The notes beneath the pieces are model-generated. The model did not search any database. It worked only from the letters and a program-made list of their open reading frames with translations, and was not told where the DNA came from. From Acidimicrobiia bacterium (GTDB taxonomy: Bacteria; Actinomycetota; Acidimicrobiia; IMCC26256; PALSA-610), in contig BPGH01000001.1 of assembly GCA_026002935.1 (NCBI GenBank), forward strand, positions 171,965 to 235,964: a DNA stretch of 64,000 nucleotides, in the 5' to 3' direction. The number at the start of each line of letters is the position of its first letter. Positions within the stretch are counted from its first letter, which is position 1. Position numbers and translations under genes: made by a program. This document shows positions 51,800 through 60,194 of the stretch, one piece after another.

Positions 51800-51951
51800 C
51801 CGGCCATGATCACACGGTGTGAACCCCGTTTCCGCACCGGAAGCGACACAATGTGCCGACCACGCGGCCCGCGTGGTAGCAAGAGCGCGCCGGGTCCGAC
51901 GGTCGACCGGCCCTGCGCAGCCGTTCCGTTCGACGAGGAGCCATCGGGGCG

Positions 51952-52512
51952 ATGCCCGACATCGTTCGCAGCCTCGGGTTGGACATCCCCAACGTGTTGG
52001 GCCCGCTCGCCCCGGCCGGGCGGCTCATCTGGTCGTCGCTGCTGCTCGCGATCGGCACCGTCGGCGCGTTCGTCCTGATCCGCCGCCCGAAGCGCTCCGC
52101 GGAGCCCGCCACCTGGGCGGCGACGATCGCGGGCGCGATCGTCGTGTGGGCGCTGATGATCCTCGCGTACGGGGTCGTGCCCCACGAGTGGCTCACCTTC
52201 GCGAACGCCGAGCTCAACTGGGGCAAGGACACGTACTTCCTGCGCGAGGGGCAGTTCCTCGGCGGGCGCTTCCCGCCCTTCGACGTGCCCCGGTTCGTCG
52301 GCGCCGACATCGTCGCCGCGACGATGTACGTCGTGTTCGGCGTGCTGAACGTCTACCTGTTCTCCGCCTGGCAGAAGCGCAAGGTCGCCGAGCCGGCCAC
52401 GGCCGGTGAGGGCGAGGAGCCCGCGCCGCCGGTCACCGGGGGCTTCGCGCGCCTGCGGCGGCGCCGGGCCGGCGTCTCCGCGTACGGTCGTCCCGTCACG
52501 ACGAGCGAGTGA
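51952..52512 (+). CDS. Membrane protein of unknown function, first gene of the Rieske/cytochrome b cluster
   Basis: 186 aa with about three hydrophobic helices. GAGGAG lies upstream. Its stop overlaps the next start (GTGA at 52509-52512). Confidence 0.55.
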   Translation: MPDIVRSLGLDIPNVLGPLAPAGRLIWSSLLLAIGTVGAFVLIRRPKRSAEPATWAATIAGAIVVWALMILAYGVVPHEWLTFANAELNWGKDTYFLREGQFLGGRFPPFDVPRFVGADIVAATMYVVFGVLNVYLFSAWQKRKVAEPATAGEGEEPAPPVTGGFARLRRRRAGVSAYGRPVTTSE

Positions 52513-52931
52513 CCGCGATGGCGAGGACGGACGCGAACCCGCCGATGCCGGAGTTCGCGAGCGACTACGTGCTGGCCGAGGTCGACCCCGCCTGGCTCAC
52601 CTCCGCCGTCAAGCCCAAGCAATTCCTCCACATCGACCAGGCCGAGTGCATCCTGTGCGAGGGCTGCGTCGACATCTGCCCCTGGAAGTGCATCCACATG
52701 CTGTCGGTCGACGCCGTCGACGACGCCGTCAACGCCGACCGCCCCGGCGACGACCCCCGCGACCACGTCATCTTCGTCGTCGACGAGGACGTCTGCACCC
52801 GCTGCGCCCTGTGCGTCGACCGCTGCCCCACCGGCGTCATCATCCTCGGCAAGGTCACCGACGCCTGGCGCGACGGCGACCCCAACGCCCGCACCGACCG
52901 GCACGGCTACGCCTACGGCGTCCGCTTCTAG
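52509..52931 (+). CDS. 2x[4Fe-4S] ferredoxin-domain protein
   Basis: 140 aa with two CxxCxxCxxxCP motifs: CILCEGCVDICP and CTRCALCVDRCP. Confidence 0.8.
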   Translation: MTAMARTDANPPMPEFASDYVLAEVDPAWLTSAVKPKQFLHIDQAECILCEGCVDICPWKCIHMLSVDAVDDAVNADRPGDDPRDHVIFVVDEDVCTRCALCVDRCPTGVIILGKVTDAWRDGDPNARTDRHGYAYGVRF

Positions 52932-52952
52932 CCACCCACAAGGAGCACGTTC

Positions 52953-53747
52953 GTGGCCCGCAACGGCACCTCCAACGGAAACGGGAGCCGCCCGAAGGTC
53001 CTCGAGAAGGTCGGCGAGATGGCCCAGGCCGCCTGGGGCTCGCAGGCGATGAACTCGATCTTCCGGCCGGGCTCGGTGTTCCGCAAGGGCTACACCGACT
53101 CCCCGCGGAACCGCTCCTACGTGATCATGAACAACGTGCTGTTCCACCTCCACCCGGTGAAGGTGAAGCGGCACGCCGTCAAGGTGTCCTACACGCTCTG
53201 CCTCGGCGGCCTCTCGTTCTTCCTGTTCATCCTGCTGACCGTCACCGGCATCTTCCTGATGTTCTTCTACCGGCCGACGGTCGAGGCCGCGTACACCGAC
53301 GTGCAGACCCTCGAGACCGCCGTGTCGCTCGGCTCGCTCGTGCGCAACATGCACCGTTGGGCGGCGCACCTGATGGTGCTGTCGGTGTTCCTGCACATGG
53401 CGCGGGTCTTCTACCACGGCGCCTACAAGTCACCGCGCGAGTTCAACTGGGTGATCGGCGTGGTCCTGCTGCTGCTCACGCTGCTGCTGTCGTTCACCGG
53501 CTACCTGCTGCCGTGGGACCAGCTCGCGCTGTGGGCCGTGACCGTCGGCACCAACATGATGGGGTACACCCCGGTGTTCGGCGACAACGTCCAGTACGTG
53601 CTGCTGGGGTCGCGCCAGATCGGCAGCGAGACGCTGCTGCGGTGGTACGTGCTCCACGTGCTGATGCTGCCGTTCGTCGCCGTCATCTTCATGGCCGTCC
53701 ACTTCTGGCGAGTCCGCAAGGACGGCGGCATCTCCGGACCGCTCTAG
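52953..53747 (+). CDS. qcrB: Cytochrome b, N-terminal (b6-like) four-helix subunit
   Basis: 264 aa. Haem-ligand His pairs occur in RNMHRWAAHLMVLSVFLHMARVFY and LRWYVLHVLMLPFVAVIFMAVHFWRV. Also present: FTGYLLPWDQLALWA. GTG start 8 nt after AAGGAG. Confidence 0.85.
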   Translation: MARNGTSNGNGSRPKVLEKVGEMAQAAWGSQAMNSIFRPGSVFRKGYTDSPRNRSYVIMNNVLFHLHPVKVKRHAVKVSYTLCLGGLSFFLFILLTVTGIFLMFFYRPTVEAAYTDVQTLETAVSLGSLVRNMHRWAAHLMVLSVFLHMARVFYHGAYKSPREFNWVIGVVLLLLTLLLSFTGYLLPWDQLALWAVTVGTNMMGYTPVFGDNVQYVLLGSRQIGSETLLRWYVLHVLMLPFVAVIFMAVHFWRVRKDGGISGPL

Positions 53748-53762
53748 GAGGCGAGGGCTCAG

Positions 53763-54641
53763 ATGACCGAGGTCCCCGAACACCTCCTCCGCCGCTCGAA
53801 GGAGCGCCGCAAGGCGCTGGGCCTGCCCGTCGAGGGCGAGGAGCCGGAGGCGGCGGCGCCGGCCGCGCCGGAGCCGGCCGCGCCGGAGCCGGCCGCGGGC
53901 GCCGAGCCCGCGCCCGGCCAGCCCGCGGCCGCGGCCGACACCGGGGAGGCGATCACCGAGGACAAGGGCGGCGTGCCCGCGCACCTGCTCGAGCGCGCCC
54001 GCAAGCGCCGTGCCGCGCTCGGCGGCGGGGGCGGCGCGGAGGCGGGCGGCGGTGGCGCCGCGGCCCCCGCGGCCGCGGGCGGCGCGCCCGGGCGGGCCGC
54101 CGCGGCCACCGCGGTCGCGCCCGCGCCCGCGGGCACGGGGCCCGGCGGTCACACCCAGCGGCTGCTCACGGTCGTCAAGGCGGGATCGATCCAGCAGACG
54201 CGCGCCGAGGCCCAGGACAAGGTGCACACCTGGCCCCACCTGCTCGCGATCGAGTTCGCGGCGATGCTGTCGCTCACCGCGTTCGTGACGCTGTTCTCCG
54301 CCATCACCAAGGCGCCGCTGCTCGGGCTCGCCGACACGAACCAGACACCGAACCCGTCGAAGGCGCCGTGGTACTTCCTCGGGCTGCAGGAACTGCTCAC
54401 GATGTTCCACCCGATGGTCGCCGGCGTGACCATCCCGGGCATCGCGCTCGTGATCCTCGCCCTCACGCCCTACTACGACAAGAACCCGTCGACCAAGCCC
54501 GCCGACCGCAAGTTCGCGATCACGATGATGACCGTGTTCCTGATGCTGTGGGCGGTGCTCGTCATCATCGGCTCGTTCTTCCGGGGCGAGGGCTTCAACT
54601 TCGTGTTCCCCTGGAACGACGGCATCTACTTCGAGCTGTAG
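53763..54641 (+). CDS. Cytochrome b C-terminal domain (subunit-IV-like) with an Ala/Pro-rich N-terminal extension of about 140 aa
   Basis: 292 aa. The C-terminal half, HTWPHLLAIEFAAMLSL...PSKAPWYFLGLQELLTMF..., aligns to the PEWY region of subunit IV / the cytochrome b C-terminus. It has three TM helices. Confidence 0.8.
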   Translation: MTEVPEHLLRRSKERRKALGLPVEGEEPEAAAPAAPEPAAPEPAAGAEPAPGQPAAAADTGEAITEDKGGVPAHLLERARKRRAALGGGGGAEAGGGGAAAPAAAGGAPGRAAAATAVAPAPAGTGPGGHTQRLLTVVKAGSIQQTRAEAQDKVHTWPHLLAIEFAAMLSLTAFVTLFSAITKAPLLGLADTNQTPNPSKAPWYFLGLQELLTMFHPMVAGVTIPGIALVILALTPYYDKNPSTKPADRKFAITMMTVFLMLWAVLVIIGSFFRGEGFNFVFPWNDGIYFEL

Positions 54642-54650
54642 GAGCCCCGT

Positions 54651-55496
54651 TTGCCGATCGCCATCGTCATCCTCGTCATCCTCGCCCTCGCGGCGTTGGC
54701 GTTGTTCGCCACCGTCAACCGGCGGCGCGCGACGACGGGCACGCTCTCGCGCGAGACGCGGGCACGCGACGCGTCGGCGCCGGCCGCCGCGGCGGCCGAG
54801 CCCGGCACCGAGATCGAGGCGGCCGGGCGCGAGCGCGCCGAGGACACGAAGGAGCGGCTCGCGGGCGGCGTCCCCGCCCAGCGCGGTGGGACCGCCGTCG
54901 TCGAGTGGGAGCCGGTCGACGAGGAGGAGCTGGGCGTGTCGCGCCGGCAGTTCCTCAACCGGGGCATCCTCACCGTCACCGGGTTCTCCGCCGGGATGCT
55001 CGGCATCGGTGTGCTCGGCTTCCTGTGGCCGACCGGCGGCGGCGGCGGCTTCGGCGGCCGGATCCGGGCGCCGGGTTCGCTCGACGACATCCTCGCCCAG
55101 ATCGCCGCCGACAAGCAGCCGCTGTACGTGCCGGAGGCGAAGTCGTACCTGCAGGCGTACCCGTCGTCCGCGCTCGACGCGGCGAGGAAGGCGTACCCGC
55201 CGAGCATCGTCACCGGCATGGAGCAGGGGGTCACCGCGCTGTACCAGCGCTGCGTGCACCTGGGCTGCCGGGTGCCGTGGTGCCACTCGTCGCAGTGGTT
55301 CGAGTGCCCCTGCCACGGCTCGAAGTACAACGCCGTCGGCGAGAAGAAGGACGGACCGGCGCCGCGGGGCCTCGACCGCTTCGCGGTGATCGTCGAGGGC
55401 GGCGGCGTCACGATCGACACGTCGACCGTCTTCCAGGGCCCGCCGATCGGGACCGACACCACCAAGCAGCCGCAGGAAGGCCCGTCGTGCATCTGA
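54651..55496 (+). CDS. qcrA: Rieske [2Fe-2S] subunit
   Basis: 281 aa. Cluster boxes are CVHLGC and CPCHGS. An internal twin-arginine motif (SRRQFLNRG) follows an extra N-terminal TM helix. TTG start after AGGAG. Confidence 0.85.
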   Translation: MPIAIVILVILALAALALFATVNRRRATTGTLSRETRARDASAPAAAAAEPGTEIEAAGRERAEDTKERLAGGVPAQRGGTAVVEWEPVDEEELGVSRRQFLNRGILTVTGFSAGMLGIGVLGFLWPTGGGGGFGGRIRAPGSLDDILAQIAADKQPLYVPEAKSYLQAYPSSALDAARKAYPPSIVTGMEQGVTALYQRCVHLGCRVPWCHSSQWFECPCHGSKYNAVGEKKDGPAPRGLDRFAVIVEGGGVTIDTSTVFQGPPIGTDTTKQPQEGPSCI

Positions 55497-56935
55497 CGTC
55501 GAGCGCACCCCTCGCCGCCATCTGGCCCGGCAGCCTGCGCCAGTGGATCATCGTCCTCAACGTGGTCGCGCTGGTCGCGATCGGCGCGTACCTCGTGTAC
55601 AGCGCGTTCTCGCGGCGCGAACGCCAGCAGGAGAAGCCGGCGCCCAACGAGCAGAAGTTCCTCCCCGACGACGAGCTCGAGGGGCGCCGCCTCGAGCGGG
55701 TGCTCGGCTGGGCGCTGCTGTTCGTCAGCGCGTTCGCCGTGGTGCTGCTCGTCTACATGCTGCGCGAGCCGACGCGCCAGGGCGAGGCCGAGGAGTACTT
55801 CGCCGACGGCTCCGTCGAGCGCGGCCGCACCCTGTACGCGAACGCCAGCAGCGAGTACTACGACTCGGTCCTGTCGCTGCAGTGCGCGAACTGCCACGGC
55901 GCCGAGGGCGGCGGCGGCGCGGCGTCGACCGTCGTCGACCCCGACGGGCCGGGCGGGCAGCCCCCCGAGCAGGTCACCTGGCGCGCGCCGGCGCTCAACA
56001 CCGTCCTCCTGCGCTTCAGCGAGGAGGAGGTCAACCGCATCATCACCTACGGCCGGCCCGGCACCCCCATGCAGGCGTTCGGCGTCGCCGGCGGCGGCGC
56101 GGAGAACGAGCAGACGATCGAGGACCTCGTCGCGTTCCTGCGTTCGATCCAGCTCAGCCCCGAGGAGGCCCGCGAGCAGGCGCGCCTCGAGCTCGAGGGC
56201 GACCCGTCGGCCGAGGAGGGCACCGCGTTGCGGGCCGGCGCGCGCGGCGCGGCCGAGGTGCAGCTCGCGGACGCGCAACGCGCGCTCGACGACGCTCTCG
56301 TCGCCCTCGACGAGGCCGAGGCGGCGCTGGCCGAGGCGCTCGGCCGGCCCGGCGACACCCCCGCCGACGCCCTCGACGACGCCTGCACCGACCTCGAGGA
56401 GGAGGTGCGCGCCGCCGACACCGTCACCGAGGAGCAGCGCACCGCCGGCGAGGCGTGCCGCACCTTCCGGTCCGCGGCCGCCGCCGCCGCCGAGGCCGAG
56501 GAGGCCTACGAGTGGGCCCAGCGGTGGGCCGAGTTCCGCGAGGGCGTGAGCGACGGCCAGCTCCTGTTCGAGCTGCACTGCGCGCGCTGCCACACCCAGG
56601 GGTGGTCGACGTTCGACCCGACGCGCCCCGGCGGGACCGACCGGCTCGGGCTGCCGGGCGGCGGTGGCGGCGCCGGCGGAGGGATCGGCTTCAACCTGCG
56701 CGACGGCGCACAGCAGCGGCGCTTCGGCGAGGGTGAGTCCGGCCTCGCCGCCCAGATCGAGTTCATCAAGAACGGCTCCGACGAGAACCAGCCGTACGGC
56801 CGCGGCGGGATCGGGTCGGGCCGCATGCCCGGCTTCGGGCAGATGCTGACCGACGAGATGATCGAGGAGATCGTGCGCTACGAGCGCGAGCAGCTCGACG
56901 CCACGACCTACGACGTCGACGGAGGGGACGAGTGA
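55487..56935 (+). CDS. qcrC: Membrane-anchored dihaem cytochrome c
   Basis: 482 aa from the GTG at 55487, which overlaps the Rieske stop. It has two N-terminal TM helices and haem motifs CANCH and CARCH with downstream Met (GTPMQAF, GRMPGFG). A long Ala/Glu-rich segment lies between the two haem domains. Confidence 0.8.
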   Translation: MHLTSSAPLAAIWPGSLRQWIIVLNVVALVAIGAYLVYSAFSRRERQQEKPAPNEQKFLPDDELEGRRLERVLGWALLFVSAFAVVLLVYMLREPTRQGEAEEYFADGSVERGRTLYANASSEYYDSVLSLQCANCHGAEGGGGAASTVVDPDGPGGQPPEQVTWRAPALNTVLLRFSEEEVNRIITYGRPGTPMQAFGVAGGGAENEQTIEDLVAFLRSIQLSPEEAREQARLELEGDPSAEEGTALRAGARGAAEVQLADAQRALDDALVALDEAEAALAEALGRPGDTPADALDDACTDLEEEVRAADTVTEEQRTAGEACRTFRSAAAAAAEAEEAYEWAQRWAEFREGVSDGQLLFELHCARCHTQGWSTFDPTRPGGTDRLGLPGGGGGAGGGIGFNLRDGAQQRRFGEGESGLAAQIEFIKNGSDENQPYGRGGIGSGRMPGFGQMLTDEMIEEIVRYEREQLDATTYDVDGGDE

Positions 56936-57732
56936 GCGTGTTCGTGCTCGCCAGCAGCGCCGGCGAGAAGACGCTGTGGGACCCGACGATCCTCGGCGTC
57001 CTCGTCGTGCTGTCGGCGGTCGGGCTGTTCTGCGGGTCGGTCTACCTGCTCCTCGCGACGAACCTCGGCGCCCGCCTCGGGTTCCTCGTCGCCGGCGCGT
57101 GCCTCAGCGGCTTCATGGTGCTGCTGTCGTCGCTGTGGATCACCACCGCGACGCCGCTCAACAGCCCGAAGGGGCGGCCGGCCGAGTGGGAGGTGAAGGA
57201 GGTCGTCGCCGACCCCTCGGAGTCGGGGTTCGAGGCGGTGCGCACGATCTTCGAGGAGGGCGAGGCCCAGGACGCCGAGCAGCTCGCGCAGCTCCGCTCC
57301 GCCGTCGACACCGCGCTCGTGCGGGTCGAGCCCGAGGGCGGGGAGGAGCCGCCCGAGCAGCCGTTCGCGCAGTTCGGCTCCAGCAACGACTACCTCACCG
57401 AGTTCGAGGGCTACCGCACCTACGTGGTCGGCGGTGACGCCAAGAACATCTTCTGGCACGAGCCCCGCTACGCGGTGGTCGAGATCTGCCCCCGCCTCGA
57501 GGTGGAGGTCGCAGCGGGCGAGCGGCCGCCGCCGCCCGAGTGCGACCCGCTCGGCGGCACCGAGTTCGTGGTCATGCAGTACGACTTCGGCTCGCTGCGC
57601 CAGCCGCCGTGGATCTACTTCGGCTTCTCGGTGCTGACGTTCGGCCTGTTCCTGCTCGGCCTGCACTGGTACGAGCAGGACCGCCGGGAGCGCGCCGAGG
57701 CCGGTCAGCTCCGCCCGGTCCCGAGCTCGTAG
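56932..57732 (+). CDS. Membrane protein of unknown function (cluster-associated)
   Basis: 266 aa. It has N-terminal and C-terminal TM helices flanking a soluble domain. Its GTG overlaps the cytochrome c stop (GTGA). Confidence 0.55.
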   Translation: MSVFVLASSAGEKTLWDPTILGVLVVLSAVGLFCGSVYLLLATNLGARLGFLVAGACLSGFMVLLSSLWITTATPLNSPKGRPAEWEVKEVVADPSESGFEAVRTIFEEGEAQDAEQLAQLRSAVDTALVRVEPEGGEEPPEQPFAQFGSSNDYLTEFEGYRTYVVGGDAKNIFWHEPRYAVVEICPRLEVEVAAGERPPPPECDPLGGTEFVVMQYDFGSLRQPPWIYFGFSVLTFGLFLLGLHWYEQDRRERAEAGQLRPVPSS

Positions 57733-57741
57733 GAGCACACG

Positions 57742-57903
57742 ATGGTCCTCGCCCAGCAGCTCATCGACGCGAGCAAGGACGGCGGGCTCGCCTTCCTCGT
57801 GTTCGCCATCATGGTCTTCTGCTTCACCGCGTCGCTGTTCTACATGGACCGCATCCGCCAGCGTCGCGCCGAGCGCGACGAGCGGCGCGACCGCACGGGC
57901 TGA
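57742..57903 (+). CDS. Small (53 aa) single-TM protein, absent from the ORF track
   Basis: The ATG at 57742 lies 6 nt after AGGAG. It encodes MVLAQQLIDASKDGGLAFLVFAIMVFCFTASLFYMDRIRQRRAERDERRDRTG. TGA at 57901-57903. One hydrophobic helix is followed by a basic tail. Confidence 0.55.
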   Translation: MVLAQQLIDASKDGGLAFLVFAIMVFCFTASLFYMDRIRQRRAERDERRDRTG

Positions 57904-57934
57904 ACCGCCCCCCCGGCACCCACGGGGAGCGCCG

Positions 57935-59203
57935 TCAGGCGGCGGCCGCGAGGGCGTCACGCAGTGCGTCGAGCGTGCGCCCGACGTCCGCGGCCGTGTG
58001 CGCGAGGCTCGGGAAGAGTGCCTCGTACCCGCTCGGGGGCAGGTACACGCCCCGGTCCAGCAGCGCGTGGAACAGCCGCGCGTACCGCCCGTGGTCGGCG
58101 GCGCGGGCGTCGTCGTAGCCGCGCACCGGGCCGGGGTGGAAGAAGAACCCCACGAGGGTGTGGGCCCGGACGACCGTCGCCGGGGCGCCCGCGGCCTCGA
58201 ACGCCGCACGCAGGCCCGTCTCGAGGGCCGTCGCCGTCGTCTCGAGCGCGTCGTACGCGGCGTCGTCGAGCCGCTCCAGCACCGCGAGGCCGGCCGCGGT
58301 GGCGAGCGGGTTCCCCGAGAGCGTGCCGGCCTGGTAGACGGCGCCGAGCGGCGCGAGGTGGTCCATCACCGCCGCGGCGCCGCCCACCGCGGCGAGCGGC
58401 AGGCCGCCGCCCACCACCTTGCCGAAGATCGACAGGTCGGGGGTGACGCCGGTGCGCCCCTGCATGCCCGCGGGGCCGACGCGGAAGCCGGTGATCACCT
58501 CGTCGAACACCAACAGCGCGCCGGCGCGCGTGCAGCGCTCCCGGAGGCCCTCCAGGTAGCCGGGTGCGGGCGGGACGAGGCCCATGTTCGCCGCGACCGG
58601 TTCGACGAGCACGGCCGCGACGTCCTCGCCGTGCTCGGCGAGCACCGCGTCGAGCGCGGCGAGGTCGTTGTACGGCACGACGACGGTGTCCGCGACCGTC
58701 GCCGCCGTGACGCCCGCCGAGCCGGGCAACCCGAGGGTCGCGACGCCGCTGCCGGCCTGCGCGAGCAGCGCGTCCACGTGGCCGTGGTAGCAGCCCGCGA
58801 ACTTCACGACCTTCGACCGGCCGGTGGCGCCGCGCGCGAGGCGCAGCGCGGTCATCGCCGCCTCCGTACCCGACGACACGAGCCGGACCTTCTCCACCGA
58901 CGGGACGCGCGCGCAGATCGCCTCCGCGAGCTCGACCTCGCGTGGGGTGGGTGCACCGAACGACGTGCCGTCGGCGGCGGCGCGCTGCACCGCCTCGACG
59001 ACCGCCGGGTGCGCGTGCCCGAGGATCGACGCGCCCCACGACTGGACGTAGTCGAGGTAGCGGCGTCCGTCGACGTCCTCGATCCACGCACCCTCGCCGC
59101 GTGCCACGAACACCGGGTCGCCGCCGACCGAACCGAAGGCGCGCACGGGGGAATTGACCCCGCCGGGGATGCGCCGCCGGGCGCGCTCGAACCAGTCGCT
59201 CAT
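57935..59203 (-). CDS. hemL: Glutamate-1-semialdehyde 2,1-aminomutase
   Basis: 422 aa, intact (...GGVNSPVRAF..., ...DYVQSWGASILGHAHP..., ...LLVFDEVITGFRV..., ...IFGKVVGGGLPLAAVGG...). Confidence 0.95.
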   Translation of the reverse strand: MSDWFERARRRIPGGVNSPVRAFGSVGGDPVFVARGEGAWIEDVDGRRYLDYVQSWGASILGHAHPAVVEAVQRAAADGTSFGAPTPREVELAEAICARVPSVEKVRLVSSGTEAAMTALRLARGATGRSKVVKFAGCYHGHVDALLAQAGSGVATLGLPGSAGVTAATVADTVVVPYNDLAALDAVLAEHGEDVAAVLVEPVAANMGLVPPAPGYLEGLRERCTRAGALLVFDEVITGFRVGPAGMQGRTGVTPDLSIFGKVVGGGLPLAAVGGAAAVMDHLAPLGAVYQAGTLSGNPLATAAGLAVLERLDDAAYDALETTATALETGLRAAFEAAGAPATVVRAHTLVGFFFHPGPVRGYDDARAADHGRYARLFHALLDRGVYLPPSGYEALFPSLAHTAADVGRTLDALRDALAAAA

Positions 59204-59213
59204 CGCGTGCGGC

Positions 59214-60194
59214 TCACCGGCCGAGGAGCTCGGCGACCTCGCGGGCGAAGTACGTGAGGACCGCGTCGGCGCCGGCGCGCTTGATCGCCAGCAGGTGCTC
59301 GAGCGCGACCGCCTCGCCGTCGATCCAGCCGTGGCGCGCCGCCGCCTTCACCATCGCGTACTCGCCGCTCACGTGATAGGCGAGCACCGGCACGTCGAAC
59401 CTGTCGCGCACGCGCGCGATCACGTCGAGGTACGCGAGAGCGGGCTTCACCATCACCATGTCGGCGCCCTCGTCGACGTCGAGCGCGACCTCGGTGAGCG
59501 CCTCCCGGGCGTTGGCCGGGTCCATCTGGTACTGCTTGCGGTCGCCGAAGCGCGGGGCGCACTCGGCCGCGTCGCGGAACGGTCCGTACAGCGCGGATGC
59601 GTACTTGGCCGCGTAGGCGCAGATCGCGGTCGACGTGAACCCGGCGCCGTCGAGCGCGGCGCGGATCGCCCCGACCTGGCCGTCCATCATCCCCGACGGT
59701 GCGATCACGTCCGCGCCGGCCTCGGCCTGGGCGACGGCGATGCTCGCGTAGCGCTCCAGCGTCGCGTCGTTGTCGACCTCGCCGGTGTCGGTGAGGATTC
59801 CGCAGTGCCCGTGGTCGGTGTACTCGTCGAGACAGTCGTCGGCCATCAGCACGAGACCGTCGCCGACCTCGTCGCGCAGGTTGCGCAGCGCGACCTGCAC
59901 GACGCCGTCGAGGGCGTCGGCGCCCGATCCGTGGGCGTCCTTGCGGGCCGGCACGCCGAACAGGATGACGGCCGGTACGCCGAGCCCGGCGAGGGCGCGC
60001 ACCTCCTTGCGGAGGCTCTCCTGGGTGTGCTGCACCACGCCCGGCATCGACGCCACGGGCTCGGGGGCGTCGATCCCCTCCTTCACGAACAGCGGGGCCA
60101 CGAGGTCGTCGACGCGCAGGCCGTGCTCGGCGACGAGCCGCCGGAGCGCTGGCGTGCGCCGCAACCTCCGCATCCGCCGCTCGGGGAAGCCCAC
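59214..60194 (-). CDS. hemB: Porphobilinogen synthase (delta-aminolevulinate dehydratase)
   Basis: 326 aa, intact (...RRLRRTPALRRLV..., ...APSGMMDGQVGAIR..., ...MVKPALAYLDVI..., ...AYHVSGEYAM...). Confidence 0.95.
   Translation of the reverse strand: MGFPERRMRRLRRTPALRRLVAEHGLRVDDLVAPLFVKEGIDAPEPVASMPGVVQHTQESLRKEVRALAGLGVPAVILFGVPARKDAHGSGADALDGVVQVALRNLRDEVGDGLVLMADDCLDEYTDHGHCGILTDTGEVDNDATLERYASIAVAQAEAGADVIAPSGMMDGQVGAIRAALDGAGFTSTAICAYAAKYASALYGPFRDAAECAPRFGDRKQYQMDPANAREALTEVALDVDEGADMVMVKPALAYLDVIARVRDRFDVPVLAYHVSGEYAMVKAAARHGWIDGEAVALEHLLAIKRAGADAVLTYFAREVAELLGR

Noticed and set aside
51818-51840. A Rex (redox repressor) operator upstream of the respiratory cluster.
   Set aside because: Only a TGTGAA half-site is present. 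The expected TTCACA partner 4 nt downstream is replaced by GTTTCC.
52406-56935. A 1509-aa plus-strand ORF spanning the whole Rieske/cytochrome b cluster.
   Set aside because: Only its last 482 codons (from GTG 55487) form a real protein, the dihaem cytochrome c. The upstream part is an Arg/Pro/Gly-rich alternative frame over four well-supported genes. Such frames are expected in DNA above 70% GC, where stop codons are rare.
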